NCBI GenBank assembly: GCA_025453395.1
Contig: JALOQK010000001.1
Span: 10,244-74,243, forward strand
Direction of reading: 5' to 3'
Length of the DNA stretch: 64,000 bases
DNA from: Candidatus Omnitrophota bacterium
GTDB lineage: Bacteria > Omnitrophota > Gorgyraeia > Gygaellales > Profunditerraquicolaceae
The position numbers were made by a program, and so were the translations under genes. Positions 25,961 to 34,784 of the stretch are shown here, in pieces (the stretch's first letter is position 1; every line of letters starts with the position of its first letter). The notes beneath the pieces are model-generated. The model was given only the letters and a program-made list of their open reading frames with translations, was not told the origin of the DNA and ran no database searches.

Positions 25961-27350
25961 CTTGTTTGTAGCCTAAAGAAATAAGGTTATACGGATCAAA
26001 TACCTTATCTATCAATTGCTTCCCCAGTTTCTCCTCAAGAAACAAGCGCAGGTCTTCTTTCGCGGATTTTCTGAATTCATCAAGAAGCGCTTGCGCTCTA
26101 TCGTAACCGATATAAGGCAATAAAGCGGTAACAATCGCCGGGCTTCTGTTAAAATACCAGAGGCATTTTTCCGGATTGGCGATTATCCCGGAGGCGTGCG
26201 CGGCAAATATACGGTTTGTATTGATTAAAACATCCAGCGACTCAAGCAATGCCTGAGCAATAGAGGGCATAAACTCATTTATCTGCAGGCTTCCTGAAGA
26301 ACAGGATTGAGTGATAATAAGGTCATTAGCAATAACTTTCATCCCGGCTTGCGCAACTACTTCCAAGATCACCGGATTAATTTTCCCCGGCATAATTGAA
26401 GAGCCGGCTTGCGCTTTGGCTAGAGAAATCTCTCCCAAAAGATTCAACAAGCGCAGGTCATGGGAAATTTTTATTAAATTTGAAGCATGGGCTTTTAATA
26501 TTCCGGAAACCTCCACAAAGCTATCGCTGTTGGCGGTCTGGTCAAGCACTGTCTCGCCTCTTGCCAAGCCAAGGCCGGTCGCCTGGCGCAGGGTTTCTAT
26601 GACTAAGAAAATATAACTGCGCGGCGCGGTTAAACCTGTGCCTACCGCGGTCCCGCCGATATTAACCAAACGCAAGCGCTCTTCGCATTTAAAAGCCCTC
26701 CAGCGGTCGCGGGCAACAGCCTCGCTAAAGGCGCTAAATTCCAAACCCAAAGTTATGGGAACAGCTTCCTGTAATTCGGTCCGGCCGATTTTAACAACCT
26801 TAGCGAATTCCTTTTCTTTTTTCTGAAAAACTCCCTGAAGCCCGGCGATCTGTGCGCTTAATTCCCGGAATTTAAAGATAGCCGCAATCTTTAAAGCTGT
26901 AGGATATGTGTCGTTGGTAGATTGATTGAGATTAACGTCCTGGATCGGATTGACCAAAGTATAATCGCCAATTTTTCCGCCCAAGATTTCAATCGCGCGA
27001 TTAGCCAAAACTTCGTTCACATTCATATTGGTAGATGTTCCGGAGCCGCCTTGCAAAGCATCAACCGGAAAGGATTCAATAAATTTCCCCTCTGCAATTT
27101 CATCGCAAGCCTGAATGATCGCGCCAGCTTTTTGATCATCCAGAAGTTTTAATTCGCGATTTGCCTGGGCGCAGGCTTTTTTCACCAGGCAATAAGCCTT
27201 GATCAAGGAAAAATTTACTTTTTGCCCGGTAAGCGGGAAATTCTCCAGCGCCCTTTGAGTATGGATTCCCCAATAAACACCTGAGGCGATTTTCATTTCA
27301 CCAAGCGAATCTTTTTCTCTGCGATATTCCATATTCACCTTTAAAAACAC
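25944..27350 (-). CDS. aspartate ammonia-lyase / fumarase class II family protein (hydrogenase-maturation-associated AspA-like)
   Basis: 468 aa; GSSIMPGKINP signature; overlaps hydF and hydG by 17 and 10 nt. Confidence 0.75.
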   Translation of the reverse strand: MFLKVNMEYRREKDSLGEMKIASGVYWGIHTQRALENFPLTGQKVNFSLIKAYCLVKKACAQANRELKLLDDQKAGAIIQACDEIAEGKFIESFPVDALQGGSGTSTNMNVNEVLANRAIEILGGKIGDYTLVNPIQDVNLNQSTNDTYPTALKIAAIFKFRELSAQIAGLQGVFQKKEKEFAKVVKIGRTELQEAVPITLGLEFSAFSEAVARDRWRAFKCEERLRLVNIGGTAVGTGLTAPRSYIFLVIETLRQATGLGLARGETVLDQTANSDSFVEVSGILKAHASNLIKISHDLRLLNLLGEISLAKAQAGSSIMPGKINPVILEVVAQAGMKVIANDLIITQSCSSGSLQINEFMPSIAQALLESLDVLINTNRIFAAHASGIIANPEKCLWYFNRSPAIVTALLPYIGYDRAQALLDEFRKSAKEDLRLFLEEKLGKQLIDKVFDPYNLISLGYKQDEKNS

Positions 27351-28849
27351 AAGTCGCGCTCGCCGTTTTTTATCCGGCGGTGATATTCTTTAAAAGAATT
27401 TAAAATACTGGAAGAAAAATCAGCCGGCACCCTTTTTTCAATTTCGGCGATTTCACGGGCAATCAATCCTTCACCCATCTTCCTGGTATCATCGCTTGCA
27501 AAATCTTCCAGCCATTCCTGAAAAGTCAAAACCGCGTTCAATTTACACAAACACCCCTCTTTGCCGCTTTTTAACATACCCATAATATTATCCCCGGTTC
27601 TTCCGCAGCGGTAACCGGCAGTGCAAAAAGAAGTAATATATCCCATTGACGCCAGATCGCAGATCACCTCATCAAGCGAGCGGCTGTCGCCTAAAATAAA
27701 CTGCTGGATATTTTCCTCCTGCGTGTCCCCGCGTTCGCTGTAGGCTCCGATACCGACTTTGGAAGAAGCATCACGCTGGGTGCACATGGCTATAACTTCC
27801 CGCATCACTGAAGGGTTTTCCCTGCAGGTAACAATCATTCCGGCATAAGGTATAGACAGCCTCAACACTGCGACTAATTTCTTAAAATCTTCATCGCTGA
27901 CCAAGTACCCGGTATTTTTGACAAAAGGGGTATTTGCCGCCGGCTCAAGCCTGGGGAAAGACACGGTGTGCGGGCCAATACCAAAAAAACTTTCCAGGTC
28001 GCGGGCATGAGAAAGTAATCCCATTACTTCAAAGCGCCAATCATAAAGCCCAAACAGCGCTCCGATAGCCACATCATCAATTCCGGCTTCCATTGCCCGG
28101 TGCAAACTATAAAGCCGCCAGAGGTAATCGCCTTTTATGGTCTGCGCGGGATGCACCAGGCTATAAGTCTGGCGATGATAAGTCTCCTGAAAGATCTGGA
28201 AAGTCCCTATCCCCGCGGCTTTGACCTGTTTATAATCTGCGATACTCATAGAAGCGGCATTGACATTTACCCTGCGGATAGCCCCCTCGCCGCGGCGGGC
28301 CTTGACTTTTACCGCGTAAATCTGGCGCATTACTTCACAGATATAATCCGCTCCCGACGCAGGATGCTCACCAAAAACCACAATCAGCCTCTTATGCCCC
28401 AGATTTCCAGCAAGCACTTCTGCTTCTTTGCGCACTTCATCAAGGCTTAATCTCCTGCGCTTAATAACCTGATTCTCCCCGCGAAACCCGCAATAGGCGC
28501 AATTATTCACGCACAAGCTTGAGCAGTAAAGCGGCGCGAAAGTCACTATCCGGTTGTCGTAAACTTTTCTTTTGATGCGCGCGGCAGCCTGGAATATCTG
28601 TTCCCATAAATCTTGGCCTTGCACATTAAGCAAAGCCGCAGTTTCCGCCAACTCAAGTGTCTGAACATCCAAAGCTTTCTGGATAATATCCCGTATCTTG
28701 CCAGGGTCAACATTCCGCTTGGCTTCCAACAAACGCGCAATCTGCGGTTCGTCTATAAAACACCTGCCGCCTTTAAGATATTTGGCGTTCTCTTCTTCCC
28801 TGATCACTTCTTTCTTCCAATTCTTAGCTTGTTCCAGAATATTCTGCAT
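27341..28849 (-). CDS. hydG: [FeFe]-hydrogenase maturase HydG (ThiH-like radical SAM tyrosine lyase)
   Basis: 502 aa; CVNNCAYCGF radical-SAM motif; GHKRL; C-terminal extra Cys cluster (CTAGYRC...GCLC). Confidence 0.7.
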   Translation of the reverse strand: MQNILEQAKNWKKEVIREEENAKYLKGGRCFIDEPQIARLLEAKRNVDPGKIRDIIQKALDVQTLELAETAALLNVQGQDLWEQIFQAAARIKRKVYDNRIVTFAPLYCSSLCVNNCAYCGFRGENQVIKRRRLSLDEVRKEAEVLAGNLGHKRLIVVFGEHPASGADYICEVMRQIYAVKVKARRGEGAIRRVNVNAASMSIADYKQVKAAGIGTFQIFQETYHRQTYSLVHPAQTIKGDYLWRLYSLHRAMEAGIDDVAIGALFGLYDWRFEVMGLLSHARDLESFFGIGPHTVSFPRLEPAANTPFVKNTGYLVSDEDFKKLVAVLRLSIPYAGMIVTCRENPSVMREVIAMCTQRDASSKVGIGAYSERGDTQEENIQQFILGDSRSLDEVICDLASMGYITSFCTAGYRCGRTGDNIMGMLKSGKEGCLCKLNAVLTFQEWLEDFASDDTRKMGEGLIAREIAEIEKRVPADFSSSILNSFKEYHRRIKNGERDLCF

Positions 28850-28853
28850 ATTT

Positions 28854-29108
28854 TTAAACCTTAGCCAGGGTACTTTTCACGGTCACGCTCTTAAACATCC
28901 CTAACTTTCCGGTCAGTGCTCCGATTTCATCAGTAGTACCGTCCACGATCAGAGTGATCACATTCACTTTGCGTTCATGATAAGGAAAGCCCATTCTGGC
29001 GATGATGATCTTGCCGAATTCAGTTAAGATTTGATTCACTTTAGGCGCTGCTTCTTCTCTTTTTTTGATGATAACTACTACCGCTCCCAAATGTTTTTCC
29101 ATATCCAT
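28854..29108 (-). CDS. TM1266-like small protein associated with [FeFe]-hydrogenase maturation clusters
   Basis: ~84 aa starting at MDMEKHLGAVVVII. Members of this family typically sit beside hydE/F/G. The longer ORF to 29186 is probably an over-extension. Confidence 0.5.
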   Translation of the reverse strand: MDMEKHLGAVVVIIKKREEAAPKVNQILTEFGKIIIARMGFPYHERKVNVITLIVDGTTDEIGALTGKLGMFKSVTVKSTLAKV

Positions 29109-29269
29109 TCCTTTCTTTTGGTTACTAACAAATAAAAACCCCCGAGCCCTAAAAAAACAAAGCTGGGGGTAAAATTTTATTTTCATTACCCCCTCGGATT
29201 CAGAATACCTCCCTGTTCCTCAGGTATACCTTAATTATAGCACTAAAAGAAATATTGTAAAGCTTCCAG

Positions 29270-29460
29270 AAATAAAAATAAAAGGGCGTTTCTATTTCCC
29301 CATCATGAAACCATGTGAAATCATAGAGACGTCCCCCTGTTATTATAGGAATTAGATTCCGGTTCGGCAGAGCATTTATTTAAGGTACAGCGGCGCATTC
29401 GCTAGGATTACTCCGGTTCGGCAGAGCATTTATTTAAGGTACGGCGCCGCATTCGCTCAC
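29270..29460. repeat. tRNA-Ser-associated repeat element, copy 2, with internal 54-bp tandem unit
   Basis: Homologous blocks to 2190-2480. The unit ggttcggcagagcatttatttaaggtacRgcgScgcattcgct occurs twice. Confidence 0.6.
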
Positions 29461-29494
29461 TCGGCTTATCGCCTCGTGATGCTCATTGCGGCAT

Positions 29495-29529
29495 CCGTAA
29501 ATTTTTTCTTTGTCAGAAAAAATTTACGG
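29495..29529. repeat. perfect 15-bp-arm palindrome (ccgtaaattttttct ttgtc agaaaaaatttacgg) overlapping the tRNA-Ser(GGA) 3' end
   Basis: Perfect inverted repeat. Its right arm ends in the CGG that begins the tRNA 3' acceptor strand. Confidence 0.6.
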
Positions 29530-29612
29530 AGAGGGAGGGATTCGAACCCTCGGAGCCTTGCGACTCACGTGTTCTCCAGACACGCCCGTTACGACCGCTT
29601 CGGTACCTCTCC
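29527..29612 (-). tRNA. tRNA-Ser (anticodon GGA)
   Basis: Manual fold. Acceptor GGAGAGG/CCTCTCC+G; anticodon stem-loop CGTGT-CTGGAGA-ACACG gives GGA; long variable arm; T-loop GGTTCGAATCC. It directly abuts the glgP stop. Confidence 0.8.
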
Positions 29613-31622
29613 TTAATCTTTACGCTTCCAAATTTTCTCTTTATATTGATCCAGCATCCGGTAGGTATTGAAATACGCCCCCGCGCACAAGCAGTTTATC
29701 ATCATATCGATCCAGGGCGAGGAAACATCGACCTGCCCTTTTTTATTGGTCGTATAATAAATCCGCGCCATTTCCCCAAGGGCATCATACAACTGACGAG
29801 AATCTTCATTCATCTTTAAATCATGTTCGTTGCCTATATCCGTACCGTTAAACCTATAACCGAAGATCTTGCCTATCCCCTTATCTTCAGCCTCTACCAC
29901 CCATCCGTCAAGAGTGCTAACTTGAAGCACGCCGTTTAAAATCGCCTTCATGCCGCTTGTGCCGGATGCTTCAAAAGGCGGCAGCGGGTTATTAAGCCAA
30001 ATATCCACGCTTGAAATCAATTTCTTGGCAATAGAAATCCCGTAATTCTCAAGCATAACAATTTTAAAAAGGTCATACGATCCGGAAAGCTGGTCTATTT
30101 TATCAAGCAGCTGATTAATATAGGTAAAACCCAGATTGTCTTTTGGATGAGCTTTCCCGGCGAGGATTACCTGCAAGGGGCCGAATTTCTTGGCGATATC
30201 AATAAGCGCCTGGGCGTCTTGAAGGATCATCCCCGGGCGTTTGTAAGAAGCGATCCTGCGCGCCCAGCAAATAGTTAAAACATCTTTATTAATCTTCCAT
30301 TTCTCAAGCATATTACAGAAATCGGCTTTATTCTCCTGATGCGCCTGCCAGATATCAAAGCGGAAATTCATATCGCTGGCTAATTTCTTGGTTTTATCTA
30401 ATCCCATGGGATTTGCCCTAACATCTCCAATGGATGAAGAATATTTCTCAAGAAGCGCCTTAAATCTATCCGACATCCAGGTGTGAGAATGCACGCCGTT
30501 TGTCACATATTGTACCTTATCCTTATAACGGGGAAACTGCAGATGCATGACTCTTTGATGGCTTAAGGCAACCGCGTTTACTGCCCGGGATGCGTTTATG
30601 GAAAGTAGCGTCAGGTTTACTGTATCGTTATTTTCTTTACCCAATGCCTCTATTAACGCGCAGTCTTCGCTCTTAAGAATCGCGCTTAGATCGCTCACAG
30701 GATAACGGTCATGCCCGGCGGCAACCGGAGTATGGCAGGTATAAACAAAATGCTGGGATAATTCTTTTATTCCGTCGGCAGGGACGCCGCGGGCCCTGCC
30801 CACAAAAGCAAATACCGCGTGGCCTTCATTCATATGATAGGTATTGATCTTATACTTTAATTCATCTACCGCAAGAGCCCCTCCCATACCTAATACGATC
30901 CTCTGCATAATTTGCGCGGTCAGGCTTTCGCTTCTATATAACTGGTCGGTCAAACGGCGAAAACTGCCTTCATTCTCCGGAACATCCGCGTCAAGAAGCA
31001 CCAAAGGTATGACATAATCATGCTTATAGCTATAGACATAATATTTCCAAAGTTTCAAATATAGGTTGCAATTACGTAAAGACACAACAACTTTATTCTT
31101 TAGCGGAACTAGCCCCGGATACGAATGCGCGTGCCAATGCATTGCCTCGGGGAACTGGCCGTATTTAAAAAAGAACCTCTGGCGGAAATATCCGGTATTC
31201 CATAATATCCCCACTCCCACCGCCGGAAGATGATAATCCGCCATAGTCTTTAAAGTATCCCCTGCTAAAACCCCCAATCCTCCGCTATATATGGGAAGAT
31301 CCTCCAGGGAATCCAGTTTCAAAGTGAAAAAATAATCTGCCAAGCGGTAATTGGAGAAAACTTCGTGCTCTGCGACTTTATTCCTGGAATCAGTTAAACG
31401 CACAGACTGGAACCTATTATAAAAACTTGTTGCCAGGCCGTATTCCATGGAAAAATAGGCCAGAGGATTTTCTTTCTCTGATCTTAGGCGCTTCTCGGCT
31501 TCTATAATAGAGCCTAGCGGAAACCCGAAATATTTACCGTCTTTTATATCAACGCTGTAAATATTATCAAAATCATCCACCTCTACCAATGATAGAAATT
31601 CTTCTAACTGCTTGTCTGGCAT
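29613..31622 (-). CDS. glgP: alpha-glucan (glycogen/maltodextrin) phosphorylase, GT35
   Basis: 669 aa; AYFSMEYGL; YSGGLGVLAGD; PLP site EASGTSGMKAILNG. Confidence 0.85.
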   Translation of the reverse strand: MPDKQLEEFLSLVEVDDFDNIYSVDIKDGKYFGFPLGSIIEAEKRLRSEKENPLAYFSMEYGLATSFYNRFQSVRLTDSRNKVAEHEVFSNYRLADYFFTLKLDSLEDLPIYSGGLGVLAGDTLKTMADYHLPAVGVGILWNTGYFRQRFFFKYGQFPEAMHWHAHSYPGLVPLKNKVVVSLRNCNLYLKLWKYYVYSYKHDYVIPLVLLDADVPENEGSFRRLTDQLYRSESLTAQIMQRIVLGMGGALAVDELKYKINTYHMNEGHAVFAFVGRARGVPADGIKELSQHFVYTCHTPVAAGHDRYPVSDLSAILKSEDCALIEALGKENNDTVNLTLLSINASRAVNAVALSHQRVMHLQFPRYKDKVQYVTNGVHSHTWMSDRFKALLEKYSSSIGDVRANPMGLDKTKKLASDMNFRFDIWQAHQENKADFCNMLEKWKINKDVLTICWARRIASYKRPGMILQDAQALIDIAKKFGPLQVILAGKAHPKDNLGFTYINQLLDKIDQLSGSYDLFKIVMLENYGISIAKKLISSVDIWLNNPLPPFEASGTSGMKAILNGVLQVSTLDGWVVEAEDKGIGKIFGYRFNGTDIGNEHDLKMNEDSRQLYDALGEMARIYYTTNKKGQVDVSSPWIDMMINCLCAGAYFNTYRMLDQYKEKIWKRKD

Positions 31623-31700
31623 GTTTATACTAAACTCCTTTTTAACATTATAACACGTTATCTTATTTACGCTATATACTTAACTATGCAAAGGCTAAAA

Positions 31701-31787
31701 CGGTGGGGCAGGGATTCGAACCCTGGGTGGACTTGCGCCCACAACAGTTTTCAAGACTGCCGCTTTCAACCGCTCAGCCACCCCACC
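31701..31787 (-). tRNA. tRNA-Ser (anticodon TGA)
   Basis: Manual fold. Acceptor GGTGGGG/CCCCACC+G; D-arm GTGGCTGAGCGGTTGAAAGC; anticodon stem-loop GCAGT-CTTGAAA-ACTGT gives TGA; long variable arm; T-loop GGTTCGAATCC. Confidence 0.75.
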
Positions 31788-31803
31788 AGAATTTCCTATA
31801 ATC

Positions 31804-32088
31804 CTAACTATTCCAAAAGAAAATCAAGATCCCCAAGCCGCACAACACGCACACCGCTGCAAATATAATCTTGTGCCGCAAAAGCCAGTGATGAAAAACG
31901 TAAACATTCTTCTCTAAAGCGGGAAAGGAGATTTTTCTTATGCCGCCGACTTCTTTAGAGAGCCGGCTTTCTAATCTTTCATAATCCTCTGCCCTGAGAA
32001 GCAGAAAAAACGACCCGCCGATAAGAATAAAAAAACTCAATGATATCTGAAAAACTTTGAAAAGATTTACAATAACTTCATTGTCCAT
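31804..32088 (-). CDS. small membrane protein (hypothetical)
   Basis: 94 aa with two hydrophobic helices; no recognisable family. Confidence 0.35.
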   Translation of the reverse strand: MDNEVIVNLFKVFQISLSFFILIGGSFFLLLRAEDYERLESRLSKEVGGIRKISFPALEKNVYVFHHWLLRHKIIFAAVCVLCGLGILIFFWNS

Positions 32089-32317
32089 ACATGCCCTCCT
32101 CGTAAAATAGTTTTAATCCCCGAATACTCAAACTTTTTAACATATAAAAATTAAGGTGCGGCGCCGAAACCAGTCTATCGCAGACACTACGCTCGCTACG
32201 GACCTTGTCGGGCCGTTTAACGTCTGCTAAGATACCAAAACCAGTGGTTTTAGTATCCGCCTTTTGCCGCCAGTGGCGACAACAAAATACTTAACTCGCT
32301 GCTGGCTTTGTCATTAA

Positions 32318-32362
32318 GGCACTGGTTCGCCAGAGGCTCACCAGTGCCGTTTTTTCTTTTTC
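32318..32362 (+). terminator. plus-strand rho-independent terminator (ggcactgg...ccagtgcc gttttttcttttt)
   Basis: 8-bp stem, 15-nt loop, T-tract. No plus-strand ORF lies upstream, so it may terminate an sRNA from ~32150-32360. Confidence 0.4.
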
Positions 32363-32371
32363 TATATGTTT

Positions 32372-32399
32372 CGAGAAATTATCTTCAGATAATTTCTCG
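32372..32399. repeat. palindrome cgagaaattatct tc agataatttctcg 3' of tRNA-Ser(CGA)
   Basis: Same palindrome as 2488-2517 with a 2-nt loop change. It is nested in the larger IR ccgttttttctttt...aaagaaaaaacgg. Confidence 0.6.
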
Positions 32400-32416
32400 C
32401 ACAAGGAAAGAAAAAA

Positions 32417-32504
32417 CGGAGAGGGTGAGATTCGAACTCACGTGAGCCTTACGGCCCAACCGCTTTTCGAGAGCGGCCCGTTATGACCACTTCGGTACCT
32501 CTCC
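32417..32504 (-). tRNA. tRNA-Ser (anticodon CGA)
   Basis: Manual fold. Acceptor GGAGAGG/CCTCTCC+G; anticodon stem-loop CCGCT-CTCGAAA-AGCGG gives CGA; long variable arm; T-loop AGTTCGAATCT. Confidence 0.8.
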
Positions 32505-32505
32505 T

Positions 32506-32684
32506 TGAGCACAAGAATCTTTTATCTAGCGAAACTTCGCGAAGCGAAGTAAGAGCACAAGAATCTTTTATCTAGCGAAACTTCGCGAAGCGAAGTAAGA
32601 GCACAGTAAGAGCACAAGAATCTTTTATCCAGCGAAACTTCGCGAAGCGAAGTACGAGCACAAGAATCTTTTATCTAGCGAAAT
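32506..32684. repeat. ~3.8 copies of the 46-bp tandem repeat directly 5' of tRNA-Ser(CGA)
   Basis: Unit gagcacaagaatcttttatctagcgaaacttcgcgaagcgaagtaa. It is the same family as 2624-2744. One unit is truncated to 11 bp. Confidence 0.7.
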
Positions 32685-32815
32685 ACCACCGAATATGCCA
32701 AAATTATGGAACAGAATTTTGGCATATCTTATGAGGTGGTATAATCATAAAACTTAAATTTCAAATAAATTATCACCCGCCAACGCTTTATGGCGGGCAA
32801 AAATCTTTATCTAGC

Positions 32816-33508
32816 TTATTTTCTAAATAGGAAAAGCTGTTCGTAGGCCCTCTGGAAAATAAACCCTGCCCGGTCAAGAAAATTCCTGCAGAAAATCACG
32901 AAATCAAAACCCTTTAAAATAACGCTAAGGCACAAAGAAAGAAGAAAGATATTTATGATATAGATAAGCGAAAACCCAAAAAGGTAATTGGCTTTTAAGG
33001 CATCCTCTTTCTTGGTGCGCAAAGTCTTGGCGGAATAAACAAGATGCAAGCTCAAAGAGAATGCCGCCCAGAAAATAAAATACCCCAACAATCCTTCAAA
33101 CGCCCAGGATAAACAAGCATATAAAACAAGAAGAAGGATTGTATAAACCGGTAAAAGGTACGGCGCGATCCTCACCAGGGGCCTGACAAAAGTAAATATC
33201 CATTCCAGTATTTTCTGCCCGCGGGTGTAAATTTTTGCTGGTTCCCAGACAAAAAGATAAATTAATAAAAAGGCGGCTATCCCCCACCAGAAAATATCCT
33301 GGATTGCGGGATCAACTTGCATAAACTGGCTGTAGAAAGCGCTGGATATGGAATAAACAAAAGGAAGAAGCAATATTCCAAGAATAAATTTGACAAAAAT
33401 AAAAAGCCACTTTGCCCAACCGGAAAGCTTACTTTTAATTTCCGAAGCCATTGGCGAAGGTTCCGGGCCTTCCGCAGGTATATTTTTAAAAAATTCTTTC
33501 TCTGCCAT
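32816..33508 (-). CDS. polytopic membrane protein (hypothetical)
   Basis: 230 aa, ~6 TM. The true start is probably the internal Met (MASEIKSK, ~33451), because the long form overlaps the serS 3' end. Confidence 0.4.
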   Translation of the reverse strand: MAEKEFFKNIPAEGPEPSPMASEIKSKLSGWAKWLFIFVKFILGILLLPFVYSISSAFYSQFMQVDPAIQDIFWWGIAAFLLIYLFVWEPAKIYTRGQKILEWIFTFVRPLVRIAPYLLPVYTILLLVLYACLSWAFEGLLGYFIFWAAFSLSLHLVYSAKTLRTKKEDALKANYLFGFSLIYIINIFLLSLCLSVILKGFDFVIFCRNFLDRAGFIFQRAYEQLFLFRK

Positions 33509-34754
33509 CGAAATAGGGCCTCAAGTTTTCCGGGATAACGACCGACCCGTCTTTTTGTTGATAATTTTCTAAGATCGCGATAACTGTGCGCGCTAAAGCC
33601 ACCCCTGAACCGTTTAAAGTGTGCACATAATCCAACTTCTTGGTATCCTTGCGCCGGAATTTAATATTGGCGCGGCGGGCCTGGAAATTCTCAAAATTAC
33701 TGCAGCTTGAGACTTCAAACCACTTATCGCTTCCTGCGGCATAAGCCTCTAGATCATAGCACTTGCTGGCGGCGAAACTTACATCCTGCGTGGAAAGAAG
33801 CACCACCCGATACGGCAGGCCTAATAATTGCAAAACCTCCTCGGCATTGCCCACTAATTTTTCCAACTCATCATAGGAATCTTCCGGCTTTACAAATTTA
33901 ACCATCTCTACTTTATCAAACTGATGCACGCGCGATAAACCCTTGGTGTCTTTTCCGTACGAGCCAGCTTCACGGCGAAAACAAGCACTGTAGGCAGCAT
34001 AATAAATAGGGAGATTTTCTTCCTCAAGAATATCATCACGGAAAATATTGGTTACCGGAACTTCTGCTGTGGGGATAAGAAATAAATCATCGTCTTTTAA
34101 TTTATACATATCCTCTTCCAACTTTGGAAGCTGCCCAGTGCCGGTCATCGAAGCGCGATTCACTAAAAACGGCGGGAATATTTCTGTGTATCCGTGTTTC
34201 TTGGTGTGTAAATCAAGCATAAAATTAATAAGCGCTCTTTCAAGCCGCGCGCCTAAGCCTTTATAAAGTATCCAATTTGAACCGGTGATTTTGGTGCCGC
34301 GCGGAAAATCAACGATATCTAATTTTTGGCAGATTTCTGTATGCGGCACAGGTTTAAAGTCGAACTTCGCAGGCTGACCCCAACTTCTTACAATCTTATT
34401 ATTTGAAGCATCGCCTTTGGGCAAAGAAACATGCGGGATATTGGGGATAGTCATGGCGATTTTCTTCATTGCCTCGTCAAGCGAGCGCTCTTCCTGTTCC
34501 AAAGAAGAAATCTTCTCGGAAATTTCTTTCATGGACGCAATCACCGGTTTGGCGTCTTGTTTTTCCTTAAGAAGCCGGCTTATTTCGTCGTTAGCTTTAT
34601 TTCTTTGAGCACGCAAAGATTCCATTTCTGTAGAAATCTTACGGCGGGATTCATCAAGATTTAAGAATTCATCAAGCCCAAGAGATAGATTCCTATCCTT
34701 AAGCGCCTGCCTTACTACATCCGGATTTTCGCGAATAAATTTAATATCTAACAT
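33486..34754 (-). CDS. serS: seryl-tRNA synthetase
   Basis: 422 aa; N-terminal coiled-coil arm plus class II core (motif 2 FRREAGS, motif 3 [15 protein letters not shown]). Confidence 0.9.
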   Translation of the reverse strand: MLDIKFIRENPDVVRQALKDRNLSLGLDEFLNLDESRRKISTEMESLRAQRNKANDEISRLLKEKQDAKPVIASMKEISEKISSLEQEERSLDEAMKKIAMTIPNIPHVSLPKGDASNNKIVRSWGQPAKFDFKPVPHTEICQKLDIVDFPRGTKITGSNWILYKGLGARLERALINFMLDLHTKKHGYTEIFPPFLVNRASMTGTGQLPKLEEDMYKLKDDDLFLIPTAEVPVTNIFRDDILEEENLPIYYAAYSACFRREAGSYGKDTKGLSRVHQFDKVEMVKFVKPEDSYDELEKLVGNAEEVLQLLGLPYRVVLLSTQDVSFAASKCYDLEAYAAGSDKWFEVSSCSNFENFQARRANIKFRRKDTKKLDYVHTLNGSGVALARTVIAILENYQQKDGSVVIPENLRPYFDGRERIF

Positions 34755-34784
34755 ATTTACTCCCTAACCCTTATCACTTAACCC

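Noticed and set aside
29186-29187. Long form of the TM1266-like ORF starting at 29186 (MKIKFYPQLCFF...)
   Set aside because: The N-terminal 26 residues look non-conserved, and an in-frame MDMEK start at 29108 gives the typical ~85-aa family size.
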